Both the position numbers and the translations under genes were made by a program. 64,000 bases of DNA from Vulcanimicrobiota bacterium (lineage in GTDB: Bacteria > Vulcanimicrobiota > Vulcanimicrobiia > Vulcanimicrobiales > Vulcanimicrobiaceae). The notes under the pieces were generated by a model. The model was not told the DNA's origin and searched no databases. It was given only the letters and a program-made list of their open reading frames with translations. The DNA is taken from NCBI GenBank assembly GCA_963695225.1, contig OY968762.1, positions 2,048,001 to 2,112,000 on the forward strand, written 5' to 3'. This document shows positions 1 to 9,909 of this stretch, piece after piece (the first letter of the stretch is position 1; each line of letters begins with the position of its first letter).

Positions 1-1
1 G

Positions 2-1777
2 AACGTCGGCGCGTCGATCGCCAAACTCTTCGAGCGTAACGTGCCGCTCTCCGGGGCGCTCGACGTCGACGCTCGCGTCCGCGGCACGCGGTCGAAGCCG
101 GCGCTCAGCGGCGGCTTCGAACTCGCGGGCGCGGACTTCCGGGGCGTCGCGGTTCCGCTCGTCGTCGGATCGCTGGACAGCGACGGGCGCGAGCTTCGCC
201 TCCACGACGCGGAACTCGACTTCGCGAAAGGCAGCCTGTTCTTGGCCGGGTCCCTTCCGTTTACGGTCGCGCCGTTCGCGATCGGTCCCGCGAAGGCCCC
301 GATCACGTTGGAGGCCTCGGCGAAGGGCGTCGACCTCGGCAATTTTCTGCCGCTCCTACCCAAGGGCTCCGAACTCGCCGGCGTGTTGGATGGGCGCGTC
401 GCGCTCGGCGGCACCGCGGCGCGCTCGCACCTGGTCGGGGAGTTGGCGCTCGGCGGCGGACGGGTCGTGACGCCGTTCGAGCAGCAGCCGCTCACGAACG
501 TCTCGGGCCGCCTCGCGCTCGCGGGGACGAACGTGAGCCTCCGCGCTCTCCACGCCGACGCGGGCGGCGGGGCCCTCGATGCCTCGGGGACGCTGTCCGC
601 CCCCGATCTCACCCGGTTAGCCGAGGCGTCGTCGTACTCGTTCGCCGCGACGGCGAAGCGCGCGCGGTTGAATCTCCCCGAGTACGGGCGAGGCGTCCTG
701 GATGCGAGCGTGAAACTGACGCACTCCCCCGAAGCGACGCCGCTCTTGGCGGGGGAAGCCTCCCTAAGCGAAGCGGTCGTCCCGTTCTCGGCGCTCTACA
801 AGCCCGCGGCGACCGCGTCCGGCCCGTTCGCGTCGCCCGTCGTGGCGGCCCCCGCACCGGGGCCGAATCTCGATTTCGACCTGCAATTGCGTGCCGGGAA
901 CAACGTTCGCGTCCGCAGCGGAAACCTCGATCTCGGCGCGCGAGGGGCGGTCGCGCTCAGCGGGTCGCTGGCCGACCCGCACCTCTCCGGCCGCTTCGAC
1001 TCGACCGGCGGGACGATCACCTACTTCAACACCGCGTTCCGCCTGCTCGACGGCTACGTGACGTTCCATCCGGCGGACGGGATCATCCCTTCGCTCAACG
1101 CGCGGGCGACGACCCACGTGATCAACCCCGACCCGAACGCGACCAAGAACTTCGGCGGCAGCGCGGACATCACGCTGAACGTGACGGGGCTCGTCACCAG
1201 CCCCTCCATCACGTTGAGTTCCACGCCCCAGTACGATCAGCAGCAGATTCTGGGCCTGCTGTTGCGCGCGCCCGCGATCGGAGCGAACTTGTTCTCCTCT
1301 ACGGGCCGCCTGCAGACGCCGCTCGACCCGACGCAGCAACAGACGGTCGCCCGGGGCGCGACGAGCGCCGACGTGATGGTCGCGCAGCAAGCCTTCGAGG
1401 TCCTCAACGCGCAGTTCGTGCGCAACCTGCTCTCGCCGATCGAGACCGCGTTCGGGAACGCGATCGGCCTCAGCAGCTTCAACGTAACGCTGGGGTACGG
1501 GGGAGAGGTCGGCGTCAGCGCGCGCCGGGTCCTCGGCAAGAACGTCAGCGCGGTCTACGGGTCGGGATTCTTCTACCCGTATCGCCAGACGCTCGGGCTC
1601 GAATTCCAGCGCGGCGTCGCGACCGTCGCGCAGCTCACGTTTTTCGAGACGCTCGCGACGAGCGACTACACGTTCGTGGCGCCGAGCCTCGCCGGGACGG
1701 ATGTCCGTGCCCTGAGCACGCTCCCGGCGAGCGGCACAAAAGGCTACTCCTTCTCCCTCCAGCATCTGTTCTGGTGA
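2..1777 (+). CDS. tamB: TamB/DUF490 translocation and assembly module protein, C-terminal part (5' truncated by window edge)
   Basis: Frame is open from position 2. Repetitive beta-taco-like segments and DUF490-like C-terminus (GGTITYFNTAFRLLDGYVTF, ITLSSTPQYDQQQILGLLL). Lies directly upstream of bamA. Confidence 0.8.
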   Translation, partial: NVGASIAKLFERNVPLSGALDVDARVRGTRSKPALSGGFELAGADFRGVAVPLVVGSLDSDGRELRLHDAELDFAKGSLFLAGSLPFTVAPFAIGPAKAPITLEASAKGVDLGNFLPLLPKGSELAGVLDGRVALGGTAARSHLVGELALGGGRVVTPFEQQPLTNVSGRLALAGTNVSLRALHADAGGGALDASGTLSAPDLTRLAEASSYSFAATAKRARLNLPEYGRGVLDASVKLTHSPEATPLLAGEASLSEAVVPFSALYKPAATASGPFASPVVAAPAPGPNLDFDLQLRAGNNVRVRSGNLDLGARGAVALSGSLADPHLSGRFDSTGGTITYFNTAFRLLDGYVTFHPADGIIPSLNARATTHVINPDPNATKNFGGSADITLNVTGLVTSPSITLSSTPQYDQQQILGLLLRAPAIGANLFSSTGRLQTPLDPTQQQTVARGATSADVMVAQQAFEVLNAQFVRNLLSPIETAFGNAIGLSSFNVTLGYGGEVGVSARRVLGKNVSAVYGSGFFYPYRQTLGLEFQRGVATVAQLTFFETLATSDYTFVAPSLAGTDVRALSTLPASGTKGYSFSLQHLFW

Positions 1778-1982
1778 GCCGCCTCTCGCACTGCGGACGG
1801 GGGAGCCTCCATCCGTGGAAACGAACCCCGCGGGCTGACAAACACTCGGGCTCGCACGTGCGTTACGCTCTGGAACGCGCGCGCCGAGTTCCGGCTCGCG
1901 TTCGGGGCACACGTCCTGCGCGACCGCGCCGGGGCGTCCGGGGAAGCTCGGACCCATCAAGCCGAAGGAAGCCGCCATCGAT

Positions 1983-4277
1983 ATGTTCCTAGGACTTCGC
2001 CGCGTGCGTCGCAACCTCGTCGCGCTGAGCGCCCTCGTGAGCCTCTTGCTCCCCATCGTGCCGGGTCCGTTCGTAGCGGCCGCCGCCGACGCGCAGAGGA
2101 TCGTAAGCGTTTCGGTTTCGGGGAACGCGCACGTCCCGACGGAGCGGATCTTGGCGGTCGTCAAGACGAAAGTCGGCGACCGCTTCGATGAAGCGATCGT
2201 CCGAGGCGACCTGCAGGCGATCAACGATCTCGGGTATTTCGCGGACCAAGTTCCGCCGCTGATCCGGCAGCGTCCGAACGGCATCTCCGTGACGTTCCGC
2301 GTGATCGAGAACCCGATAGTGCAGCGCATAGCGTTCACCGGGAACGCGCACGTTCCGAGCGACACGCTGCTGGCTTTGATGGACACGTCGGTCGGCCAGG
2401 TCCTGAACATGAACACGTTCCATCAGGACGTCCTCAAGCTCAATTCGTATTACGACAAGGTCGGCTACGGCGGGCAAGTCCCGACGCACGTCCGCGACCT
2501 CAACATCGACAAGGACACCGGGGTCCTGCGGATCGACATCCGCGAGGGCCTCACCGTGCGGAACATCATCGTCAAGGGCGACCAGCGCTTCCTCCCGCCG
2601 ACGTTGATCAAGAGCGTTCTCACGCTCAAGGAAGGGCAACCGTACTCCGAGGACACGCGCGACAAGGACTTCGAAGCGGTCAAGAAGCTCTACGAGAAGT
2701 ACGACCTCAACCTCGGCGAGTTCGAGGCGGGGATCGATCCCTCGAGCATCGACCTGGTTGCCGGGACGGCCGACGTCATCTACACGGTCTCCGCGATGAC
2801 CGTCGCCGCAGTCATGATCACCGGCAACGAGATCACGAAGGACGAGGTCATCCGCCGCCAGCTTCGCTTGCGTCCGGGGATGGTCATCACGACGGGCTTG
2901 CTACGGCGCGATTACGAGCGCCTGAACAACCTCGGGTATTTCGAGAAGGTGGAGCCGATCACAAAACCCGGCCCCGATCCGAAGAAGCCCTATGCGTTCA
3001 CGCTCGATTGGAACGTCAAAGAGCAACGCACGGGCCAAGCGAACGTGGGCGTCGGTTACTCCGGCGGCCCGAACGGGACCGGCCTGACCGGCAACCTCGG
3101 TTTCTCGCAGAACAACCTCGACGGGACGGGGAACGGCGCCTCGATCCGCTTCGAAAAGGGCGCTCGCATCTCCGACGCCTCCGCTTCGTACACGATCCCG
3201 TTCCTCGGGAAGACCCCGAATTCGCAGAGATACAGCCTCGGTGCCTCGATCTACACGCAATCGACGTTGAACTATCTTCAGACCTACGCCGTCTCGTCGA
3301 CCGCGAGCCTCGCGCCGGTTCCGACGATTACGGCCGCCCCGCTCCCGGGCGCGACGTCGGCGCCCGGCGGGGCGACCGGGACGACCGGGGTGACGCTGCA
3401 GCCAAACAACTCCCCGGTCTCCGGCGTCGTCGCCGACTATAAGAACAAGGCGACCGGCGTCTCGCTCAACCTCGGACGGCGCTTGACTGATTTCGTCAGC
3501 GCGAGCGTCGGAGCGACGGTTCAGCGGCTCTCGACCGACACGAGCGTGCCGTTCCCGTACTACGTCTACGGCAACCAGACCGTCGCGATCAACAACTCGC
3601 TCGCGAGCAATTCTCTGACGTCGACGAGCATCACCGGGAACGCGCTCGGCATCACGGCCTCGTCGATCGCGAGCGTGCCCAACGGGCAGGCGACCAACCT
3701 GCACAGCCTGACGCTCGGCTTGCAGAGCGACAACCTCGACGACGTGTTCAACCCCAGGCGCGGCGGGAAAGCCGGCTTATCGGTCGAGGTCAGCGGAAAG
3801 GGCTTCGGCTCCGACTACGCTTACACGATCACGACGCTCGACCTCGCGCGGTTCTATCCGGTCATGCGCAACGCGACGCTCGGATTCCACGCTCAGATCG
3901 GGGCTTCGACCGGTGCGATCCCGGCGAGCAAGCTCTTCGCTTACTCCGAGCAGCAACTCCGCGGCTACGGCGACGTTTTCTACGGAACCGAGGCGAGGCT
4001 CTTACAGGCGGAACTGCGCGTTCCGCTGACGAGCGACCGGAAGTTCGCCGTCGTCGGGTTCGGGGACTACGGCTCGTTGCGCATTCGCGGCGCCGAGCCG
4101 ATCTCGAATCTGTTGACGGGGCAGACCTTCAACTACGACGACTGGCTCTATCACGGCGACGTGGGCGTCGGTTTGCGCATCGACGTCCCGCAACTCGGGC
4201 ATCAGACGGTCCGCCTCGATTTCGCCAAGGGGAAGAACGGTTCGCACACGAGTTTCGGAATAGGACAGAGTTTCTAG
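1983..4277 (+). CDS. bamA: BamA/Omp85 outer membrane protein assembly factor (about 4 POTRA domains + beta-barrel)
   Basis: Signal peptide, POTRA repeats (VSVSGNAHVP, IAFTGNAHVP, ITGNEITKDEVIRRQL), LRGY loop motif, C-terminal SFGIGQSF. Confidence 0.92.
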   Translation: MFLGLRRVRRNLVALSALVSLLLPIVPGPFVAAAADAQRIVSVSVSGNAHVPTERILAVVKTKVGDRFDEAIVRGDLQAINDLGYFADQVPPLIRQRPNGISVTFRVIENPIVQRIAFTGNAHVPSDTLLALMDTSVGQVLNMNTFHQDVLKLNSYYDKVGYGGQVPTHVRDLNIDKDTGVLRIDIREGLTVRNIIVKGDQRFLPPTLIKSVLTLKEGQPYSEDTRDKDFEAVKKLYEKYDLNLGEFEAGIDPSSIDLVAGTADVIYTVSAMTVAAVMITGNEITKDEVIRRQLRLRPGMVITTGLLRRDYERLNNLGYFEKVEPITKPGPDPKKPYAFTLDWNVKEQRTGQANVGVGYSGGPNGTGLTGNLGFSQNNLDGTGNGASIRFEKGARISDASASYTIPFLGKTPNSQRYSLGASIYTQSTLNYLQTYAVSSTASLAPVPTITAAPLPGATSAPGGATGTTGVTLQPNNSPVSGVVADYKNKATGVSLNLGRRLTDFVSASVGATVQRLSTDTSVPFPYYVYGNQTVAINNSLASNSLTSTSITGNALGITASSIASVPNGQATNLHSLTLGLQSDNLDDVFNPRRGGKAGLSVEVSGKGFGSDYAYTITTLDLARFYPVMRNATLGFHAQIGASTGAIPASKLFAYSEQQLRGYGDVFYGTEARLLQAELRVPLTSDRKFAVVGFGDYGSLRIRGAEPISNLLTGQTFNYDDWLYHGDVGVGLRIDVPQLGHQTVRLDFAKGKNGSHTSFGIGQSF

Positions 4278-5093
4278 GTGATACGCTCGAGAAAGCTCTC
4301 TCGTGCCGGGGCCGCCCTCGGCGCGCTCGCACTCGCGGCGACGCTGGCGGCCACGCCGGCGCGCGCCGCGGAGATCGCGGATATCGGCTACATCGATCAG
4401 GGCGCGATCGCATCGCTCAAGCCCTTCGTCGACGCGAATCGGAAGCTCGTCGAGTACAAGGCGGATCTCGACAAACAGTTCGTGCAGCGGATGAAGGGCG
4501 TTTCGAACCCGAACGACCAGGCGCGGATCGCCCAAGAGTTCCAGACCAAACTCAACGACAAACAGCGCGAAGTGCTCGGGCCGGTCTTCCAGCGGGCGCA
4601 GACCGCGATCGCCTCGGTCGCTTCGAGCAAGAACCTCTCCGTGATCGTCGACCGGCACATCATCATCGTCGGCGGGCAGGACGTCACGCGCAACGTCATC
4701 GACTTGATGAACGGGCCTGCCGCTCCCGTCCCCCCGGTCAGCACGCCCCCGCCTTCGAGCGTCGGGTACGTCGATCAAGCCCAAATCGACGCCGTGCCGA
4801 AACTCAAGAGCGCGAACGAGGAGATGGCGAAGTTCCGCGACGAGCAAGCGCGGGCGGCTCAGCAGAAACTCAAGAGCGCCAAGACGGATGCCGACCGTCA
4901 GGCGGTCCTCAAGAACTTCCAACAGGCGCTCAGCGAGAAACAGAAGGCCGCGATCGATCCGCTCGTCGAGCAAACGCGCAACGCGATCGCGGACGTCGCG
5001 CGCAAGCGCGGCCTGATCCTCGTCATCGACAAGAGCAACCTCGTCTACGGTGGAACCGACATCACGAGTGACGTCACAAGCGCGCTCAAGTAG
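4278..5093 (+). CDS. skp: OmpH/Skp family chaperone with two tandem OmpH domains
   Basis: Two repeats of IGYID/VGYVD...GGQDVT/GGTDIT; signal peptide; immediately follows bamA. Confidence 0.8.
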   Translation: MIRSRKLSRAGAALGALALAATLAATPARAAEIADIGYIDQGAIASLKPFVDANRKLVEYKADLDKQFVQRMKGVSNPNDQARIAQEFQTKLNDKQREVLGPVFQRAQTAIASVASSKNLSVIVDRHIIIVGGQDVTRNVIDLMNGPAAPVPPVSTPPPSSVGYVDQAQIDAVPKLKSANEEMAKFRDEQARAAQQKLKSAKTDADRQAVLKNFQQALSEKQKAAIDPLVEQTRNAIADVARKRGLILVIDKSNLVYGGTDITSDVTSALK

Positions 5094-6393
5094 GCTCCTC
5101 GCCCTGGCCGCCGGCCTCTGCGCGCTCGCGCTCGCAGCGTGTTCCCATTCCGGCTCCGCGCAGGGCGGGCGAGCGGTCGACGGGACGCCGTACGGCTCGG
5201 TCGGCTACGTGCGCATGGAGCCGCTGTTGAAGAAGCATCCGCTCTACGGGCAACTCGCCAAGCTCGACGACGATATCGCGGCGCTGCAGCTACGGGCCGT
5301 GGAACCGGCGGTCGCCGCCGGTTCGAGCGCCGAGATCGCAGCGCAGGAAGCGGCGTTGCAAAAAGAGTTCGACGCCGCGACGGCCCGCGCGAAGAAATCG
5401 CTCGCCGCGCTGCAGGAGCAGTATCGGGCGCGCGAGAGCGAGGCGATCAAGCGCGCGCTGGAGGGCGGCTCCGGCGGGCCCGGGGGCGGCGCGATCGCGG
5501 GCGCCGCAGCGGGGACGGCGGCGGCGCAGCAGGGCGTGGCGCTCGCCCTGGCGCGCCGCGACCTCGAAGCGTTCCGCAAGGCCTTGCTCGCGCAGGACGA
5601 GGCCCAGTTCGCAGCACTCCAGACCTCGCTCAACGAACGCGCCGCACGGACCTATCGGGCGAAGGCCGACGAGCTTTCGCAGAAGGAATCCGGGTACGCG
5701 CTCGAGCTTGCAAACCGGGACTCGGCCGAGCGCCTCTCGCTGCACGCGAAGCTCTCGAACCTCTCGCTGGAGGACACCGCCCGAGCGGAGCTGACCTCGC
5801 AATTGACGGCGCTCGACCGGAAGGAAGCGGACGAGTTGGCCGTCATGCGCAATCGGGACGCGCAGACGCTCGCCGCGCTGCAGAAGCAGTTGCAGGATCA
5901 GACGCGGACCGAGCTCACGCAAACCGCCGAGCAGATGCGCAAGAACTCGGTCGCGAAGCTGAACGAGCGCGCGCTGAAGGTGCAGGGGACGCTTCCGGCC
6001 GCCGCGGCGGGCGGCGCCGCCGCGGCCCAGCTGACTGGGGAGATGAAAGCGAAGCTGGATGCGCTGCACAAGGAGTACCAGGCGCAGTTCGATCGCGACG
6101 CGCAGGGAACGATGCAGGAGCTCGAAACGACGCGGAATGATCTGGCGAAGCGATACCAGCGCCTCCACGGCGTCGACGCCGCAGCCCAGGAGAGCGCCCG
6201 CAGCGAGATCGCGGGCCTGCAGAAACAGCGCGCCGAGCTCTACTCCCAATTGGTCGCGCAAATCGGCCGCGAGGTGAAAGCGCTCGCGGATCGCCGCGGC
6301 GTCTCCGTGGTCTTCAGCGACGTGGTCGCGCCGGCGGGCGGCGTCGACCTCACCCCGGACGCCGAGAAAGACATCGAGAGTCTGCACCAGTGA
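5068..6393 (+). CDS. OmpH/Skp-like lipoprotein with very long coiled-coil insertion
   Basis: Lipobox LAAC, N-terminal VGYVRME...HP and C-terminal GGVDLT OmpH-type ends flanking about 330 aa of helical heptad sequence. Start is GTG 5068 or 5050. Confidence 0.65.
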   Translation: MTSQARSSRLLALAAGLCALALAACSHSGSAQGGRAVDGTPYGSVGYVRMEPLLKKHPLYGQLAKLDDDIAALQLRAVEPAVAAGSSAEIAAQEAALQKEFDAATARAKKSLAALQEQYRARESEAIKRALEGGSGGPGGGAIAGAAAGTAAAQQGVALALARRDLEAFRKALLAQDEAQFAALQTSLNERAARTYRAKADELSQKESGYALELANRDSAERLSLHAKLSNLSLEDTARAELTSQLTALDRKEADELAVMRNRDAQTLAALQKQLQDQTRTELTQTAEQMRKNSVAKLNERALKVQGTLPAAAAGGAAAAQLTGEMKAKLDALHKEYQAQFDRDAQGTMQELETTRNDLAKRYQRLHGVDAAAQESARSEIAGLQKQRAELYSQLVAQIGREVKALADRRGVSVVFSDVVAPAGGVDLTPDAEKDIESLHQ

Positions 6394-6785
6394 AACGAAT
6401 CGTCGCCGCCCTGGCCCTCGCCGCGCTCGCCGGATGCAACAAGCCGCCGGCCAACGACGTCGCGACCGTGAACGTGGGCCGAATCGTGTCGAACTGGCCG
6501 AAGTACCTCAATTTTCAAAACCAGCTCGGCGCGGATGCGCAAGCGCTCGATCGCTCGAACCTCTCGGAGAGCGACAAGCGAACCGCCCGAACGGCCTTGC
6601 AGGAGCGATACGTGCGCTTCACGGGGGAGATCTCGAGCGACATCCAAGCGGCGGCGCAGCAAGTCGCGACGGAGAAGCATTTCAAGCTCGTGGTGACGCG
6701 CGAATATGTCGGTTACGGCGGCGTCGACATCACGCCCGACGTGGAAAAGGTGCTGCACGTCACGGAGAAGGAGCCCGGCAAGTAA
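6390..6785 (+). CDS. Short OmpH/Skp-like lipoprotein
   Basis: Lipobox LAGC, VATVNV..I and GYGGVDITPDV OmpH-like motifs; GTGA overlap with previous gene. Confidence 0.65.
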   Translation: MKRIVAALALAALAGCNKPPANDVATVNVGRIVSNWPKYLNFQNQLGADAQALDRSNLSESDKRTARTALQERYVRFTGEISSDIQAAAQQVATEKHFKLVVTREYVGYGGVDITPDVEKVLHVTEKEPGK

Positions 6786-7798
6786 TGGCAACTCGGCTGG
6801 CGGAGATTGCGGCGCGCGTCGGCGGACGGGTCGTCGGCGACGGGGAGGTCGAGATCGATCGGATCTGCGCGATCGACGACGTCGACGCCGCGGCGCTGAC
6901 GTTCGCGACCGACGAGCGCTATTTGCGCAGCGCGCTCGCGACGAAGGCCGCCGCCGTGCTCACGGAGCCCGCGATCGCCGAAAAGTTCCCCGGCACGCGC
7001 AAGCCGCTCGTCCTGGTCGATTCGGCGCGTAAGGCGCTCGCGCAGCTGCTCGCCGATCTGGAGCCGCCGCGGCCGGCGGGGCCTTATCGTCATCCGAGCG
7101 CGGTCGTCGACGAGAGCGCCGTCATCGGGCCGGACGTCGTGATCGGTCCGCTCGTCACGATCGGCCCGGGTGCCGAGATCGGTGCCGGGACCGTCTTGCT
7201 GGCCGGCGTCGTGATCGGAGCCGGCGCCCGCGTCGGCAAGCGCTGCCTGTTCCATCCCCACGCGATGCTCCTCGACCGGTGCGTCGCGGGAGACGACGTG
7301 ATCCTGCAACCGTCGGCGGTCGTCGGCAGCGACGGCTTCGGCTACGTGTTCATCGACGGGCGCTTCGTCAAGATCCCGCAGATCGGTAACGTGGTCCTGG
7401 GCGACCGGGTCGAGGTCGGCTCGTGCACCTGCATCGATCGCGCGCAAACCGGCACGACGAGCGTCGGCGAAGGGACGAAGATCGATAATCTGGTCCAAGT
7501 CGGCCACAACTGCCGGCTCGGCAAGAACACCGCGTACGCTGCGTTCGTCGGAATCTCCGGCTCGACGAACATCGGCGACTACACGATCGTCGGTGGCCAG
7601 TCCGCGTTCAAGGGGCATCAGACGATCGGCGCTCGCGTCCGGATCGCGGGCGCTTCGCACGTCTGGGGAGACGTCCCCGACGACGCGTTCATCAGCGGCC
7701 GTCCCGCGCAAGACCATCGCGACGAGCTGCGCAAGCAGGTTCGCATTCGCAAGCTCGATAAGCTCTTTGCGCGCGTCGACGCACTGGAGCAGAAGTAA
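6785..7798 (+). CDS. lpxD: UDP-3-O-(3-hydroxyacyl)glucosamine N-acyltransferase
   Basis: ATG at 6785 overlapping previous TAA; hexapeptide repeats, GSDGFGY, KIDNLVQVGHNC. Confidence 0.95.
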   Translation: MATRLAEIAARVGGRVVGDGEVEIDRICAIDDVDAAALTFATDERYLRSALATKAAAVLTEPAIAEKFPGTRKPLVLVDSARKALAQLLADLEPPRPAGPYRHPSAVVDESAVIGPDVVIGPLVTIGPGAEIGAGTVLLAGVVIGAGARVGKRCLFHPHAMLLDRCVAGDDVILQPSAVVGSDGFGYVFIDGRFVKIPQIGNVVLGDRVEVGSCTCIDRAQTGTTSVGEGTKIDNLVQVGHNCRLGKNTAYAAFVGISGSTNIGDYTIVGGQSAFKGHQTIGARVRIAGASHVWGDVPDDAFISGRPAQDHRDELRKQVRIRKLDKLFARVDALEQK

Positions 7799-7800
7799 TC

Positions 7801-8643
7801 TTGCAACGATCCGCTCAGCACACGCTCGCGGAACCGCTCGTGATCGAGGGCGTCGGGCTCCACACCGGCGCTCGCGTGCGCGTGCGCGTGCTCCCGCAAG
7901 GCCCGGACAGCGGCTTGCGCTTCCACCTCGTCGGGCCCGACGTCGTGTTCCCCGCGCACGCCGAGTTCGTCGTCGAGACGCGCCGCGCGACGGTGCTCGG
8001 AGTCGGTGCGCATCGCGTTTCGACGGTGGAGCACTTGCTCTCGGGCTTGTTCGCGATGGGCGTCGACAACGCTCTGATCGAGGTCGACGGCCCCGAGATC
8101 CCCGTCGCCGACGGGAGCGCCGGGACGCTCGCGCGCGAGATCGTGCGGGTCGGCTTGATGGAGCAGCCCGTTTCGCGAGTGATCCATCGCGTGACGGAAC
8201 CGTGGTGGTTCTCGGGGGAGGATGCGCTCCTCGCGATCTTCCCTTCGGATCGTTTCCGCGTGCGCTTCACGGTCGATTATCCTCAACCCGTCGGCGCGCA
8301 GTATTACGACGGCGTCGTCGAGCCGCAGCGATATCTCGAGGAGATCGCTGCCGCGCGCACGTTCGGCTACCTCCACGAAGTCCAGGCGCTGCTCGACAGC
8401 GGCCTAGCGCGCGGAGGCTCGCTCGACAACGCGCTCGTCTTCGACGAAGCGGGGCCGATGACGCCGTTGCGCTGGGCGAGCGAAGTCGTACGGCACAAAG
8501 TGCTGGATTTGATCGGCGATTTCTCGCTGCTCGGCGCGTGGCCGCAGTGCGAGGTCGTCTCGATCAAGAGCGGACACAAACTGCACGTGCAGGCGATCCG
8601 CGCGCTTCGCGCGGGACACCCGCAGAAGGCGGCCATTCGATGA
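7801..8643 (+). CDS. lpxC: UDP-3-O-acyl-N-acetylglucosamine deacetylase
   Basis: GVGLHTG, TVEHLLS, ARTFG and RHKVLDLIGD zinc motifs. Confidence 0.95.
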   Translation: MQRSAQHTLAEPLVIEGVGLHTGARVRVRVLPQGPDSGLRFHLVGPDVVFPAHAEFVVETRRATVLGVGAHRVSTVEHLLSGLFAMGVDNALIEVDGPEIPVADGSAGTLAREIVRVGLMEQPVSRVIHRVTEPWWFSGEDALLAIFPSDRFRVRFTVDYPQPVGAQYYDGVVEPQRYLEEIAAARTFGYLHEVQALLDSGLARGGSLDNALVFDEAGPMTPLRWASEVVRHKVLDLIGDFSLLGAWPQCEVVSIKSGHKLHVQAIRALRAGHPQKAAIR

Positions 8644-9110
8644 TCTTCGACATCCGGCAGATCATGGAGATCTTGCCGCACCGGTACCCGATGCTGCTCA
8701 TCGACCGGATCACGGAGCTCGAGCCCGGGTACCGCGCCGTCGGCTACAAGAACGTCACCGTGAACGAGCCGATGTTCATGGGGCATTTTCCGACGAACCC
8801 GGTGCTGCCGGGCGTCTACATGATCGAGGCGCTCGCGCAGCTCGGCGGAACCGCGATCATGGAACGGGGCTCGTTCTCGCGCAAGACGCCGTACCTCGCG
8901 GGGATCAGCAAGGCGAAGTTCCGGCGCCCCGTCGTCCCGGGCGATTGCCTGATGATGGAAGCTACCGTGCTGCGCTCCAAGTTGAACATCGGGTTCGTCG
9001 CGGCGGAGGCCCGGGTCGAAGGGCAGGTCGTTTGCTCGGCCGAGCTCTCGTTCTCCATCGTCCCGGCTCCGCTTCCGATCGGAATGGACGCGAGCATCCT
9101 GCACGCGTGA
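8640..9110 (+). CDS. fabZ: 3-hydroxyacyl-ACP dehydratase
   Basis: ATGA overlap at 8640; LPHRYPMLLIDR and GHFPTNPVLPGV motifs. Confidence 0.95.
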   Translation: MIFDIRQIMEILPHRYPMLLIDRITELEPGYRAVGYKNVTVNEPMFMGHFPTNPVLPGVYMIEALAQLGGTAIMERGSFSRKTPYLAGISKAKFRRPVVPGDCLMMEATVLRSKLNIGFVAAEARVEGQVVCSAELSFSIVPAPLPIGMDASILHA

Positions 9111-9114
9111 AGAG

Positions 9115-9882
9115 ATGATCCACCCAACCGCCATCGTCCATCCCAACGCCAGGCTCGGAAGAGACGCCGAGATCGGACCGTATTGCATCGTCGGCGAGAA
9201 CGTCGTGATCGGCGCGCGCTCGAAGCTGCTCGCTCACGTCGTCGTCAACGGGCACACGACGATCGGCGACGATTGCGAGATCTACCCGTTCGCCTCGATC
9301 GGAATGGCTTCTCAAGACCGCAAGTCGCACGGAGAGCTCGCCTACACGACGATCGGCGACCGCACGACGCTCCGCGAGTACGTCAGCATCCATCGCGCGA
9401 CCGGCGAGGGCGAGACGACGTCGGTCGGCAGCGATTGCCTGTTGCTCGCCTACGTGCACATCGCGCACAATTGCCGGCTCGGGAACGGGGTCACGATGTC
9501 GAACCTCGCGCAGCTCGCGGGGCACGTGGTCGTCGGAGATCACGCGAACATCGGCGGGATGGCCGGGACGCATCAGTTCGTGCGCATCGGCGCGTACAGC
9601 ATGACGGGAGGCGCGACGAAGCTCACGCGCGACGTGCCGCCGTTCTTCTTGGTCGAGGGGGATCCGGCTCGCGCCTGGGGGCTCAACAGCGTCGGGCTGC
9701 GCCGGCACGGCTTCTCGAGCGAGACGCTCTCCGAGCTCAAGGACTGCTACAAGCTCCTGTACCGTTCGGGGAAGAACGTCTCGCAGGCAACGGAAGACAT
9801 CAAGGCGCTGGTGCGCACGGACGCGGGGTTGCAGTTGGTCGCGTTTCTCGAGGGAGAGTCGGAACGCGGAATCTTGAAGTGA
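9115..9882 (+). CDS. lpxA: Acyl-ACP--UDP-N-acetylglucosamine O-acyltransferase
   Basis: MIHPTAIV start, hexapeptide repeats, HIAHNC, LAGHV, HQFVRIG, GLNSVGLRR. Confidence 0.95.
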   Translation: MIHPTAIVHPNARLGRDAEIGPYCIVGENVVIGARSKLLAHVVVNGHTTIGDDCEIYPFASIGMASQDRKSHGELAYTTIGDRTTLREYVSIHRATGEGETTSVGSDCLLLAYVHIAHNCRLGNGVTMSNLAQLAGHVVVGDHANIGGMAGTHQFVRIGAYSMTGGATKLTRDVPPFFLVEGDPARAWGLNSVGLRRHGFSSETLSELKDCYKLLYRSGKNVSQATEDIKALVRTDAGLQLVAFLEGESERGILK

Positions 9883-9909
9883 GCGGCTCGCGTTTCCAGC
9901 GGCGGGCCG

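Noticed and set aside
1778..1982. Riboswitch in the tamB-bamA spacer
   Set aside because: Several GC-rich hairpins, but no recognisable aptamer consensus or U-tailed terminator.
6434..9110. N-terminally extended LpxD and FabZ as given by the ORF track
   Set aside because: The extensions overlap upstream genes in another frame; real starts at 6785 and 8640 fit stop/start coupling.
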